From IMG/VR virus record IMGVR_UViG_3300017781_004450, positions 13,088 to 77,087 of that record: a DNA stretch of 64,000 bases, one strand, 5' to 3'. Each line of letters begins with the position of its first letter. Position 1 is the first letter of the stretch. The stretch comes from a virus. Positions 26,583 through 36,571 of the stretch are shown here, one piece after another. The position numbers were made by a program, and so were the translations under genes. The notes below the pieces were generated by a model, which did not search any database, was not told the DNA's origin, and saw only the letters and a program-made list of their open reading frames with translations.

Positions 26583-27872
26583 TTATTGCACTTTCAGCAA
26601 GATTATATCATTATTTATCCGACCGTTCAGCTTTATGTCCACTGCTTTAATGTCATCTAGGAAAGATCTCAACTTGACTTTACCACTATTTTTGAAGTCT
26701 TTCAGTTGTTCTTCAGGTTTACGTAGTGTTTTTTGAATACTTTCTTTTTCGTTGAACCCTGTAATAGTTGTACCTTTTACACTCAGCCCACTACCTTCAC
26801 GTTGTTGCCCTAGCGGATCTTGTATATCTGCAACATACTTTCCTATCTTACGTGTTTTACAATTAAACACCCAAAGCTCGTTACATTTAATAATATCTTC
26901 AGGATTAATACTAGCAAGTTGATACTTGTCATCTGTTGTTTTAAATTTTAGTTTTGATACAAGTTTATCTGCACTGTACACCTTACGTTTACGTGGCTTA
27001 CGTGTTGCTTTACTTGAATCAATAACAACCTGACAAGCACCATATAATCTTTCTAGTGCTGTTAGCATGTTCTTAAGTTCTTTTTTAGTTGTAAACTCGT
27101 ATGCTTCTTGTAGTTGAGCTGCAAAATCTTTTTCTTTTTCAGTTGCATCTTTTTTCAACTTAGGAGGATTTAGTACTTCTTTAATTTCTTTAAGCTCTGG
27201 CTCATACAATCCCATAATCTTGCGAGCATGTGCTTGTGTTACTTTCATTTGAGCAAAGTGTTTTGCAAAATCAAATCCTTTAGGATCAAACTTTTTATCT
27301 TGATCACTCCACACTTCTAACCACATATCAACTTTTTCACAGGCAGCAATTGCTTGTAACTCTATACGTTCTTGAATACTAATTACACGCTTCTGTGGCT
27401 TTTCCTTTAGTTCTTCCTCTTTCTCTTCTTTGTGATCCTTACCTGTTTGTATTGCGATTTCAATTCTCCTTTCAAGAAAGTCAATTGATGATTTTAATTG
27501 GCCCATTGTTCCAGCAAGTGATTCCCAATAATCTGCTTCTTTCTGAGAAAACCTTGGAGCACCCATTGTATCCATACGTGCAACAATACCTGCAGTAATA
27601 CTAATAGCATGTTTAGGTGCAGCCTTGATCCATTTAATTTGATCTTTAGTATACTTGTCCTCTTTTTCCATCCAGGCATATACATTAGTGTATAAGTCCT
27701 CTGGCTTAAAGTTTGCATAATACCACTCGTGTGTTGCTCGACGATGCCGATGAAGTTGCTCGCCAGTCATATCTTCCCAACCGTCCCAATTAGGTTCCGT
27801 GAGCTTTGCGCCACGTTGGATCCGCGGTGCAGCTCTTGGCTTTTTCTTCTTGGTACTTTTAGGCAATGCCAT
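26583..27872 (-). CDS. conserved hypothetical T4-like phage protein (429 aa, basic)
   Basis: Long ORF with AGGAG SD; C-terminal LWVFN...SVKGTTI...KTLRKP...NGRIN motif. Confidence 0.75.
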   Translation of the reverse strand: MALPKSTKKKKPRAAPRIQRGAKLTEPNWDGWEDMTGEQLHRHRRATHEWYYANFKPEDLYTNVYAWMEKEDKYTKDQIKWIKAAPKHAISITAGIVARMDTMGAPRFSQKEADYWESLAGTMGQLKSSIDFLERRIEIAIQTGKDHKEEKEEELKEKPQKRVISIQERIELQAIAACEKVDMWLEVWSDQDKKFDPKGFDFAKHFAQMKVTQAHARKIMGLYEPELKEIKEVLNPPKLKKDATEKEKDFAAQLQEAYEFTTKKELKNMLTALERLYGACQVVIDSSKATRKPRKRKVYSADKLVSKLKFKTTDDKYQLASINPEDIIKCNELWVFNCKTRKIGKYVADIQDPLGQQREGSGLSVKGTTITGFNEKESIQKTLRKPEEQLKDFKNSGKVKLRSFLDDIKAVDIKLNGRINNDIILLKVQ

Positions 27873-27897
27873 CTCTTGCTCCTATGATAAAAATATT

Positions 27898-27926
27898 ACT
27901 ATATGATGATATATATCATTTGTCAA
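27898..27926 (-). promoter_or_regulatory. sigma70-type promoter TTGACA-17-TATAGT with a 14-bp palindrome in the spacer
   Basis: tgtcaa 27921-27926; actata 27898-27903; ATGATATATATCAT 27906-27919. Confidence 0.7.
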
Positions 27927-27951
27927 GAAAAATCTGCTCTAAACGAATTCT

Positions 27952-28620
27952 TCATGTTAGATTTTTCGCAATAGGAAATATTTCTGAGATGACCTTAGCA
28001 CACGCTACAGCAATGTCCATATGCTCTTTTTGTGTTCCATTTGCACCTCTAAGTTGAATATAATGTACCCAACTCCTAATTGTTCCATTCATGTAAAGAC
28101 GTGTTTTGGTAAGTCCTTCAGGCAGTACTTTTCGTGCTTGTTCTTTCGCAATGCCTTTCTTAATGGCCCAGTCGTATTCTTTTTTGGCTAAATGTGCGAT
28201 ACGCATTTGTGCATGTAACCAATCAAGTTGTAGTTTTTCATCTTCAACATCGATAGAATTTTGTCTATTCTTAGGATCTTGTAAACGTGCTTCACTGAAT
28301 TCAAACATTTCGCCCTGTTCTTTAGGATCAGCGTAACGTTGACTGAACTCTTGAAATGCAAAACTTCGATGACGCACAATCTGATGTGCAATATCTCTAG
28401 TTGTGTTAATTTCTAATACAGCGTTAACCATTTCTAATGGCGACCAATGTTGATGTTTGATTAGATACTTGATTAACCTCTCGCTGGTATCGTTATTAAT
28501 CTGTGCTTGTGGGTTTGATACCTTTGCACAAAATGCAATAAGTTCTTGCAAATCTGTTAAACCTTCTTCTTCAAATTCTTCTGTTGCTCGGCTATACGAT
28601 ACTAATTTTACTTCTGTCAA
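27952..28620 (-). CDS. thyX: flavin-dependent thymidylate synthase
   Basis: HWSPLE, HQIVRHRSFAFQEFSQRY, EQARKVLP, TQKEH. Confidence 0.95.
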   Translation of the reverse strand: MTEVKLVSYSRATEEFEEEGLTDLQELIAFCAKVSNPQAQINNDTSERLIKYLIKHQHWSPLEMVNAVLEINTTRDIAHQIVRHRSFAFQEFSQRYADPKEQGEMFEFSEARLQDPKNRQNSIDVEDEKLQLDWLHAQMRIAHLAKKEYDWAIKKGIAKEQARKVLPEGLTKTRLYMNGTIRSWVHYIQLRGANGTQKEHMDIAVACAKVISEIFPIAKNLT

Positions 28621-28637
28621 CTTTTTATTCCTTATGT

Positions 28638-28669
28638 AAAGTAAAGTAGGGCTACACTCGTAGCCCTAC
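28638..28669 (-). terminator. intrinsic terminator after the Hc1-like gene
   Basis: 10-bp stem GTAGGGCTAC-GAGT-GTAGCCCTAC followed by TTTACTTT on the minus strand. Confidence 0.8.
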
Positions 28670-28680
28670 ACATGGGTGGG

Positions 28681-28878
28681 TTACTGTGATACTGCTGCGC
28701 TTTTTCTAGCGTTTTTAGTATCAGTAATCTCTTTTCTACGTTCTTTTGCGGCTTTAGTTATTTCTTGTAATGCTTTACGGGCTCTGGTTCCTGCTGCGCC
28801 ATTACCGTTTTCGAACTTTTCGTTTTCTTCTAAAAACGATTCAAATGCTGCTTTTATTGCTTCTACTTGTGTACTCAT
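28681..28878 (-). CDS. histone H1-like (Hc1-family) nucleoid protein
   Basis: EKFENGNGAAGTRARKALQEITKAAKERRKE resembles the Hc1 core GNKAAxxRxRxxSxxLxKxxKxxRKE; has its own promoter and terminator. Confidence 0.7.
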   Translation of the reverse strand: MSTQVEAIKAAFESFLEENEKFENGNGAAGTRARKALQEITKAAKERRKEITDTKNARKSAAVSQ

Positions 28879-28927
28879 AATTTATGTTTCCCTTATAATC
28901 TATGCTGAGAGTCTTCTCAACAGTCAT

Positions 28928-28956
28928 AGTATATAAGCCTAGACTGCAAAAGTCAA
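28928..28956 (-). promoter_or_regulatory. sigma70-type promoter TTGACT-17-TATACT for the Hc1-like gene
   Basis: agtcaa 28951-28956; agtata 28928-28933. Confidence 0.7.
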
Positions 28957-28983
28957 CTAATAAAGTGATTAAATACGTTCATA

Positions 28984-30045
28984 ATGACACAAAAAGTTTC
29001 TGAAGTAACAACAGTTCATCTGGAATTGACAGATAAATGCCAAGCACAATGTCCAATGTGTGCAAGGAATTTCCACGGAGGTCCTACCAGACCTTTCATT
29101 AAGAACGGAGATATGAGCATTGATGATTTTAAAAAATGGTTTCCTAAACCATTTCTAGCTCAGTTACAAAACTTTTATAGTTGCGGTAATTACGGTGATC
29201 CTGCGTTTGCAAAAGATTGCTTAGAAATTTATTCATATGTTAGAGAGTGTAATCCTACTACTAGATTAGCAATACACACAAATGGTGGTATGAGAAATCC
29301 TGAATGGTGGGCAAAGTTAGCAAAGGTTATAGGAACAGTTTCGAATAGTACAGTTGTATTTGCAATCGATGGATTCAAAGGCAAACATGAATTATATAGA
29401 CGTAACACAAATTTTGATAAAGTTATAGAAAATTTAAAAGCATATATAGATGCTGGCGGCGAAGCAAGGGTAGATAGTTTAGTGTTCAAGCACAATGAAG
29501 ATGAAGCAGAAGAACTAGAAAAGTTTTTGCTAGAGCTAGGAGTCAAAGAAGTTAACTTTGTAAGCACTACACGTTTTTATGAGATGGAAAAATTTAAAGT
29601 TGTTAATAACAATCTAGAAACAGAATATTTTTTAGAGCCTGCAACAAGACAAAGATTTGCTAAACAGCCAAATGCAAAATTAATTGATTTGTTAGATACA
29701 AGTTATCTAAATCATGTTATGGAACAAGCAAAAATTAATCCTAAGTGTACTAGCGAAAAAGGTATATATGTTGATCCATACGGACACATAATGCCTTGCT
29801 GTTATATAGGTAGCGATTACTTAGAACAACCAATAGAAGAGATATTACCTATACACAAACTGCGTAATCAGAGTGTGCAAAATACAAAAGATATAATAAA
29901 CAATATAGGTTTAAACACTTGCCAGTCAGGCATATTAGACACAGATGGCATTTTATTCGGTGGAATTACTGACTACTGGGAAGGCAAAGACAAGTGCATG
30001 ACCTGTGTAAAGGCATGTTCAACTGCCATTGTGGAGCCTAAATGA
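28984..30045 (+). CDS. radical SAM enzyme with C-terminal SPASM/Twitch-like domain
   Basis: CQAQCPMC; C-terminal KC...G.IMPCC...CMTCVKAC; TAAATA box at 28970. Confidence 0.9.
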   Translation: MTQKVSEVTTVHLELTDKCQAQCPMCARNFHGGPTRPFIKNGDMSIDDFKKWFPKPFLAQLQNFYSCGNYGDPAFAKDCLEIYSYVRECNPTTRLAIHTNGGMRNPEWWAKLAKVIGTVSNSTVVFAIDGFKGKHELYRRNTNFDKVIENLKAYIDAGGEARVDSLVFKHNEDEAEELEKFLLELGVKEVNFVSTTRFYEMEKFKVVNNNLETEYFLEPATRQRFAKQPNAKLIDLLDTSYLNHVMEQAKINPKCTSEKGIYVDPYGHIMPCCYIGSDYLEQPIEEILPIHKLRNQSVQNTKDIINNIGLNTCQSGILDTDGILFGGITDYWEGKDKCMTCVKACSTAIVEPK

Positions 30046-31028
30046 ACGATTTTACTCTAATACCATTCCACAATATTGTTAAGTTTGGACAAACAACAAT
30101 GCTTCAACAGCCATTGTTTAACGTTAGTTGGATACTTGGTCGCTTCTGTAATTATAGTTGTAGTTACTGTTGGCCGTATGCAAACTCAAACGTTCCAGAC
30201 CATCAAGACTTTGAAGTATACACAAATGCAATTGATGAAATTAAACGCCAAGCAAGAGCAAATGGATTTACTGAATTTCATTTTAGTTTTAGTGGAGGTG
30301 AACCAACAGCATATAAAAAGTTTGGTGACCTTGTTGAATATTATGCTAATGACGATGAAGCAAAATATCAAAGCATACACCTTACAACTAATCTAAGCCC
30401 AGGTGAGAAATGGTGGGGAAGATTTATAGACAACACCAGCCACCTAACACGTCGTAGCATCACTGCAAGTTATCACGCAGAATTTGCAAACGAAAAAGAC
30501 TTTGGAGATAGATGCGTACAGCTCATAGAAGGAGGAGTATTTGTTACAATTAATCAAGTTATGGTTCCTGAACACTTTGAAGAATATTATGAACGTTGTA
30601 GTAGATTCGCAGACAAAGGAATTAACGTCACTCTTAAACCGCAGTCCGACCCTACCGCGTCTAGAATAGTTGACGGGTACACCGATCAGCAAATTGAACA
30701 ATTGCAAACAGGCTTTCCACAAAATTGGAAAGGTGAGCAAATCATGCAAATGTATTTAGAAGATGCTAAAGGAAACAATTATGGTTTGGATCAGGCAGAA
30801 AGAATGAATGCATTTAACTTCAATAAGTTTAAAGATTGGAATTGCAATGCAGGGTATCAAAGCTGCGTTATAAGAGGTGATGAAGTTAAGAGAGCATATA
30901 GTTGCAGCGATATCCCTTTAGGAACGCTACAGGGCGGTTTTACGCTGTTTAAGACGCCATCTAAATGCATTACTAGCTCTTGTGTAAGTAGTGCAGACAG
31001 CAAAATACCTAAATTTTTAAAAGTTTAA
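30042..31028 (+). CDS. radical SAM enzyme with C-terminal Twitch-like domain
   Basis: CNYSCSYC, SGGEP, WNCNAG...C...C. Confidence 0.9.
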   Translation: MNDFTLIPFHNIVKFGQTTMLQQPLFNVSWILGRFCNYSCSYCWPYANSNVPDHQDFEVYTNAIDEIKRQARANGFTEFHFSFSGGEPTAYKKFGDLVEYYANDDEAKYQSIHLTTNLSPGEKWWGRFIDNTSHLTRRSITASYHAEFANEKDFGDRCVQLIEGGVFVTINQVMVPEHFEEYYERCSRFADKGINVTLKPQSDPTASRIVDGYTDQQIEQLQTGFPQNWKGEQIMQMYLEDAKGNNYGLDQAERMNAFNFNKFKDWNCNAGYQSCVIRGDEVKRAYSCSDIPLGTLQGGFTLFKTPSKCITSSCVSSADSKIPKFLKV

Positions 31029-31872
31029 TTTTTTTGGTTTTGGATTTTTCAATTGGTAATGTAATTTTGTTTTCCCATTTACACAAACGACACTGCTCTT
31101 GAGGTTCTAATTGTGTTTTGATCCAAGTTTCAAACTCTTCAGGACTACACCCTAGATCTTGTTTTGCTATATCAGCAAACGGATCTTCTATTTGAAACTT
31201 TCTTGATAACTGAGGAAGTATTGCCTGTTGATGACAGCGATAAAATCTACCATCTACTAGATACATACATTGTATAGCAGGACACTTAGAATGCTGATCA
31301 TCTTTATCTCTAAGTTTATCCCAAGTTATTTTGTTACCTTTTTTAACTACAGCAGGGTTTTCGTAAAACTGCCATGCTTCTGTAATTTCACCTCTTTCAA
31401 TTCCGTCAACAACAAGTTTATAATGCCACTCACCATCTTCGTGTCTAGTATCTTTGAATCGCTCACAGGATACATCTGCCCACCTATTGTGTATCCACGA
31501 CATTACGGTGTCAAGGTCTTGTTGTGAATGTGCTGATATTTCTATTTTCCAATCACGGTCTATCCATTCAGGATACAGTTCATCAAATTTATCTAGGTCT
31601 CTCCCGTTGGTTACTACCCATTTTTTAGCATTAGGCCACATACTTTCTAAGTATGCCATCCAATCTCCTAGTGCAGGATTAGACGTAGGCTCACCACCTA
31701 TAATAAAAACTTCTTCAAAGTCGACTGTGTCTGGTAGAGCTTTTAATTTTTCTTTAGTTGTATCTGGCTTAAAATGGGTACCCCAATTTAAATGATTAAA
31801 CGTGCAACAGCTATCACACGCCAAAGTACAGGTGTGGGTTATATATACACTTAATTCAGGAAGGAGTAACAT
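31009..31872 (-). CDS. radical SAM enzyme
   Basis: CTLACDSC, GGEP, TNG, C-terminal C...C...FYRC...CRLC. Confidence 0.88.
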   Translation of the reverse strand: MLLLPELSVYITHTCTLACDSCCTFNHLNWGTHFKPDTTKEKLKALPDTVDFEEVFIIGGEPTSNPALGDWMAYLESMWPNAKKWVVTNGRDLDKFDELYPEWIDRDWKIEISAHSQQDLDTVMSWIHNRWADVSCERFKDTRHEDGEWHYKLVVDGIERGEITEAWQFYENPAVVKKGNKITWDKLRDKDDQHSKCPAIQCMYLVDGRFYRCHQQAILPQLSRKFQIEDPFADIAKQDLGCSPEEFETWIKTQLEPQEQCRLCKWENKITLPIEKSKTKKIKLLKI

Positions 31873-31877
31873 ACTCG

Positions 31878-31894
31878 TATTTATGGCTTAAATA
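31878..31894. promoter_or_regulatory. back-to-back late boxes, each TAAATA-N5-start
   Basis: 27-bp intergenic region: cat-actcg-tattta-tggct-taaata-cactt-gtg. Confidence 0.75.
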
Positions 31895-31899
31895 CACTT

Positions 31900-32505
31900 G
31901 TGAAAGTAGAACTTGAAGATATAAAATTTTGGATGGATGCAATTCGCAACAGCGAAGATCGCGACCGCACACTTGAAAGTTTTTGGGGAGGCCAATTAAA
32001 ATCTAAAGCGTGGTTGGTTGAAACACTGCAAAAACATCATCATGTTGGTAATGTTAGTTGTGTTATATTTGGCGGATGGAATGGCGTATTAGCAAATTTA
32101 TTGTTCAACAGCACAATAGGATTTAAACATATTACAAGTGTTGATATTGATCCTAAGTGTGCAGAAATAGCAAACACAATGAATAAGCGTTACGAGATGG
32201 AAGGAAAATTTACAGCAGTTACAGCAGATATGTGTGAGTATGAATATACTGATCAACCTTACATGGTCATTAACACAAGTTGCGAACACCTCACACAACA
32301 ACAGTACAACAAATGGGCAAAACGTGTACCAACAAGTACTGAAGTGATTTTACAATCTAATAATTATTTTGAACTAGAAGAACATGTAAACTGTTCTAAT
32401 AGTGTTAGCAGTTTTGAAAAAAAATCTAAATTAAAAACTATACTAGTTAAAGATGAATTAGAGTTACCTAAATATACACGTTATATGTTAATGGGAAGAT
32501 TTTAA
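31900..32505 (+). CDS. class I SAM-dependent methyltransferase-like protein
   Basis: VIFGGWNGVL, TSVDIDP, TADM, VINTSCEH. Confidence 0.75.
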   Translation: MKVELEDIKFWMDAIRNSEDRDRTLESFWGGQLKSKAWLVETLQKHHHVGNVSCVIFGGWNGVLANLLFNSTIGFKHITSVDIDPKCAEIANTMNKRYEMEGKFTAVTADMCEYEYTDQPYMVINTSCEHLTQQQYNKWAKRVPTSTEVILQSNNYFELEEHVNCSNSVSSFEKKSKLKTILVKDELELPKYTRYMLMGRF

Positions 32506-33887
32506 TGTCTGAATTAGACAAATATACAGACGCCATAGCCAAGGCCGCTGGCACAAAAACATTTTGTGTTTTACCATGGATACACTTTGCAACAAGACCT
32601 AACGGAGATATGAGATTATGTTGTTCGTCAAATGCTAGTGGTGCAGGTGGTGATCACGAAGTAGGTTTAGTTAAAATGAATCATGGCAAGCCTGCAAACT
32701 TTGGTCACGAAACTCCTATGGAAGCATGGAATAATGATTACATGAAAAATGTAAGAACCACAATGCTTGAAGGTAATATTCCTGCAAGTTGTAAAAAATG
32801 CTTTGAGGAAGAGAAGAAAGGAGTTGCAAGTAAACGTGTTTGGGAAAGTTATACTTGGATGGAAGATGGTGTTGATATACCTGAACTTGTAAGACAAACA
32901 AAAGAAGATGGCACAGTTCCTGAAAATTTAAAATATTTAGACTTACGTTTAGGACATACATGTAATATTAAATGCGTCATGTGTTCACCACACGATAGTA
33001 GCAAGTGGGTCGCTGACCATAAAAAATTAATTCCTGTATTAGAAGATCCTGAAGTTAAAAGGCAAATGCAATGGGATAGAAAAGAGTTCAATAACAAATG
33101 GCATGAAAAAGATACGTTTTGGGAAGAAATGAATGCACAGATTCCTAACTTAAAACAAGTATACTTTGCAGGCGGCGAGCCGTTAATGATTAGAGAACAC
33201 AAAAGATTTATTGAAGAAATTATCAGGCAAGGATATCAAGATAAAATACTGTTACGCTATAACAGTAACGGATTGCTAGTTGATGATGATTTGATTGAGC
33301 TTTGGTCAAAGTTTAAGAAAGTTAAATTTGCTGTAAGCATGGACGCTAGTCACGAACGTGACGAATACATACGTTTTCCTACAAACTTTGAAACTGTAGA
33401 AAAAACATTACACATGTTAGATAACACACCTGACAACATACAAACAAGTTTAGCAACAGCAATTCAAATATTCAACGTAAAACACTTACCAGACTTTATG
33501 AAATGGAAACTAGAAAGCGGCTTTAAAAAATTAAATGTTGGTGAAGTTCCAGGTGGAGTACAAATGGGCGGTGGGCTAGTTAACATGCACTTACTATACA
33601 TTCCAACATTTCTAAGTATACAAATTTTACCTAAAGAAGATAAAGAAGAAGTTAAAGAACGTTTTATGGACTTCAAAGATTGGCTATGGAAAAACTATAG
33701 ACAAGATGACGAATATTGGAAACATAATCCATATGGGTGGAAACGTTGGGAAGCAGTTCTTAATCATATGAATGCACAGGACAACAGTCACTTATTACCA
33801 GGCTTCAAGGAATACACAAATAAACTTGATGCTATACGAGGTTTAGAAGCAGCAAAGGTATTTCCAGAGTTAGCACATCTACTATGA
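32505..33887 (+). CDS. radical SAM enzyme with N-terminal SPASM/Twitch-like domain
   Basis: FCVLPW..RLCC..CKKC precedes CNIKCVMC; AGGEP. Confidence 0.9.
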   Translation: MSELDKYTDAIAKAAGTKTFCVLPWIHFATRPNGDMRLCCSSNASGAGGDHEVGLVKMNHGKPANFGHETPMEAWNNDYMKNVRTTMLEGNIPASCKKCFEEEKKGVASKRVWESYTWMEDGVDIPELVRQTKEDGTVPENLKYLDLRLGHTCNIKCVMCSPHDSSKWVADHKKLIPVLEDPEVKRQMQWDRKEFNNKWHEKDTFWEEMNAQIPNLKQVYFAGGEPLMIREHKRFIEEIIRQGYQDKILLRYNSNGLLVDDDLIELWSKFKKVKFAVSMDASHERDEYIRFPTNFETVEKTLHMLDNTPDNIQTSLATAIQIFNVKHLPDFMKWKLESGFKKLNVGEVPGGVQMGGGLVNMHLLYIPTFLSIQILPKEDKEEVKERFMDFKDWLWKNYRQDDEYWKHNPYGWKRWEAVLNHMNAQDNSHLLPGFKEYTNKLDAIRGLEAAKVFPELAHLL

Positions 33888-34888
33888 GAGAATTAATTAA
33901 AATTGCTACTACACAAGATCCTGAAACATTAGATATTAGGTTCTGGCCAACTGACATTTGTAACTTCTCTTGCGAATACTGTTTTCCAGGTAGTGTTACT
34001 AACAGACTTCGCTATCCTAAAAATATAGATACAGTAATAAAAAACTTTAGAGCATTATTTGATTATTATACATTAGCACATAATAAAACACATTTTAAGA
34101 TTAACGTTGTAGGTGGAGGCGAGCCTACATTATGGCCTCACTTTGCAAAGTTTTGTAAAGAAATAAAAGAAAATCATAGTGTTCATATACAATGTACCAC
34201 TAACGGAAGTAGAACTGTAAGATGGTTTGAAAAAAATACACAAGATGTAGATGAGTTTGTTTTAAGTTGCCATCAAAAAGATGTAGACATTGATAACTTT
34301 ATTGCAGTTGCTGATCATCTCTTTGGAAGAGGAACAGATGTAACCGCACTTATGTTAATGGATGCAACAGCGTGGGATAGATGTATCGAACTAATTGAGA
34401 AAATGAAAACCAGTAAGCAACGCTGGATTATACAAGCAAAAGAAGTAGTAGATGCTCCCGGCTACGATATAGGTAGTTACAATGATGAACAAATGAAATA
34501 CTTGCAGCAGCCAATAAAACGTGCTCCAGATTCGGATTGGATTATATCTAACCTACATAGATTTAGAATACATGAAAGTATAGCAATATATGATAACGAT
34601 GCTATAGTACCTGCAACACCAAACAAATATATTATGGAACAGGCAAACTATTTTAAAGGCTGGAAATGCAACGTTGCTATAGAAAATTTAGTTATTACAC
34701 ATGACGGTAGAGTTACAGGTAGTTGTCAAGAACAAGTATTTGCTGATGCAAATATTAGTATGTTTGCAGAGGATTTTATTTTAAGATTTAATAAAGCACA
34801 AATGGATTTAAAAACTATTATTTGTCCAAGGACTAGTTGTAGTTGTCAACCTGACACACACATTACGAAATGGAAAGTTCCTTTGTAA
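33884..34888 (+). CDS. radical SAM enzyme with C-terminal Twitch-like domain
   Basis: CNFSCEYC, GGGEP, TNG, WKC...SC...ICPRTSCSC. Confidence 0.9.
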   Translation: MRELIKIATTQDPETLDIRFWPTDICNFSCEYCFPGSVTNRLRYPKNIDTVIKNFRALFDYYTLAHNKTHFKINVVGGGEPTLWPHFAKFCKEIKENHSVHIQCTTNGSRTVRWFEKNTQDVDEFVLSCHQKDVDIDNFIAVADHLFGRGTDVTALMLMDATAWDRCIELIEKMKTSKQRWIIQAKEVVDAPGYDIGSYNDEQMKYLQQPIKRAPDSDWIISNLHRFRIHESIAIYDNDAIVPATPNKYIMEQANYFKGWKCNVAIENLVITHDGRVTGSCQEQVFADANISMFAEDFILRFNKAQMDLKTIICPRTSCSCQPDTHITKWKVPL

Positions 34889-35774
34889 GAGGGATGTCAG
34901 CGGCACAAGTACACCACTTACGAGTACAAGTTATCCAATCTTCCGGTTGTTCAAAACTACCGTCATAAATGTTACCTATACTTCCGCCAACTCTACAAGT
35001 AGCACGGTGAACTTCACCGTCCCAATTAATCATTAGGCTTTCTATACCTGCACTACACTTCCAACCTTCAAATTGATTTAGATGTTTTTTAATAACATCG
35101 TTGGCATGCATTTCTTCTTTATCGTCAATAATAACATTAGGCTTTGCTGTTGATGTTTGATTAAGTATCCATTCTAAATCTTTACCTTCATATTTTAAAT
35201 CATCAAACACATCATGGTCACCTTCTGTCCATCGTATTCGTCTTACAACATAAGGAATGCTGTGTCCGTCAAACATTGTAGCACATTCTTTTACTCTATC
35301 CATAAGTTTATGATGTGCCATTAAGTTGACTTGAAATGGCTTTTTTGTATATGCACCTTCATTTATCTGAGAAAACATTAATACAGTTTCTGCACATCTT
35401 CTCCAATGTTCATCGTCTTCTACATGCAAACTAAACACAATATGATTTACATTAAGATCACTGTAGTACTGTGCTGTCCGTGTGCCGTTAGTAGTTACAT
35501 TGATCCAATCAACACGCTGACTTGCATGATCAACAAGTTCCGTAAACTTTGGGTGTACGCAAGGTTCACCGCCTGTAAAACTTACACGCATTGATTTATC
35601 AATTTCAGATAGTGCATCAACTGCATCTAACAATACTTTAATATTTGTATGTGGGCTGGTGTTATCGTGTATTTCTGTTGGGCAGTAACTACAATCAAAG
35701 TTACAACGTTTGCCAAGGTTCCACTCAACATGAACACTATCTTGATGCGGCCATTTGCTTATTACTTTATGCAT
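34863..35774 (-). CDS. radical SAM enzyme with C-terminal Twitch-like domain
   Basis: CNFDCSYC, TGGEP, TTNG, WKCSAG...TC...CTRKWCTC. Confidence 0.9.
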   Translation of the reverse strand: MHKVISKWPHQDSVHVEWNLGKRCNFDCSYCPTEIHDNTSPHTNIKVLLDAVDALSEIDKSMRVSFTGGEPCVHPKFTELVDHASQRVDWINVTTNGTRTAQYYSDLNVNHIVFSLHVEDDEHWRRCAETVLMFSQINEGAYTKKPFQVNLMAHHKLMDRVKECATMFDGHSIPYVVRRIRWTEGDHDVFDDLKYEGKDLEWILNQTSTAKPNVIIDDKEEMHANDVIKKHLNQFEGWKCSAGIESLMINWDGEVHRATCRVGGSIGNIYDGSFEQPEDWITCTRKWCTCAADIPLTKELSIS

Positions 35775-36571
35775 TGTACACCTTTAACTTCATTATATTT
35801 TTTTAAATGTGTTATGTCAATATCTTCAATTAGATCTGCTACAGGAATCATTCCTAAATTAAAATTTTTAAATTTAAATGATTGTAACTTTATCCATAAA
35901 TTTATATAAATTTTTCTTAGTAAGTACATTGGATAAGGTATTGTAGGACCAAACTTAACCATAAAATCTGCACTATAAAATTCTTGAGGTCTTATTCCTT
36001 TGGCTACACCATCTTTGTCTTTAAAGATATCTAAAACTGTTTTTCCAACTTGACAATAATTTATGTATACAGTTCCGTGAGTCCATTGAAATGTAAAGTG
36101 TTTCATATCTTCTTGTGATAGGTTCATCACAGGTCTATCTTTAAAAGTAACTACTACTGTAGGATGATTCGTTGTTCGTAACTCTGCTTCTAATTTATGT
36201 ATAAGAATATTAAAACGCTCTACGCATTTTTGTATTTTCTTTGGAGAATTATTAAACCATTCTGTTCCTATGGTTGCTTCGCCACGTAAGTCTTCAAAAA
36301 ATTTATGCAGATAGTTTAAATCTTGTTGCATACTAGTACTATTAGTACTGATATATCGATCAATATAAACTCCACTGTGTTTTATTTCTTTAATACATTG
36401 ATTAAGTTCATCAATAAGATTATGCGTACCCCAGTTAGTAAATCTATCTATTTCGTATAATTTATAATTTTTTAAAAGTTCTTTGTGCCATTTTTTAGCA
36501 ATACTAGTATTTCTAACTTTAAATGGTATACTAGTATCTTCTTTGCCGTTTGTTAATATAAGGTTAAACAT
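35762..36571 (-). CDS. hypothetical protein
   Basis: 269 aa, coupled within a radical SAM operon. Confidence 0.7.
   Translation of the reverse strand: MFNLILTNGKEDTSIPFKVRNTSIAKKWHKELLKNYKLYEIDRFTNWGTHNLIDELNQCIKEIKHSGVYIDRYISTNSTSMQQDLNYLHKFFEDLRGEATIGTEWFNNSPKKIQKCVERFNILIHKLEAELRTTNHPTVVVTFKDRPVMNLSQEDMKHFTFQWTHGTVYINYCQVGKTVLDIFKDKDGVAKGIRPQEFYSADFMVKFGPTIPYPMYLLRKIYINLWIKLQSFKFKNFNLGMIPVADLIEDIDITHLKKYNEVKGVQCIK

Noticed and set aside
17321-28620. Bacterial chromosome segment (isc, sod, kdsA, thyX)
   Set aside because: The genes are interleaved with virion genes, lack their normal operon partners (iscR, hscBA, pyrG/eno) and several carry phage late boxes.
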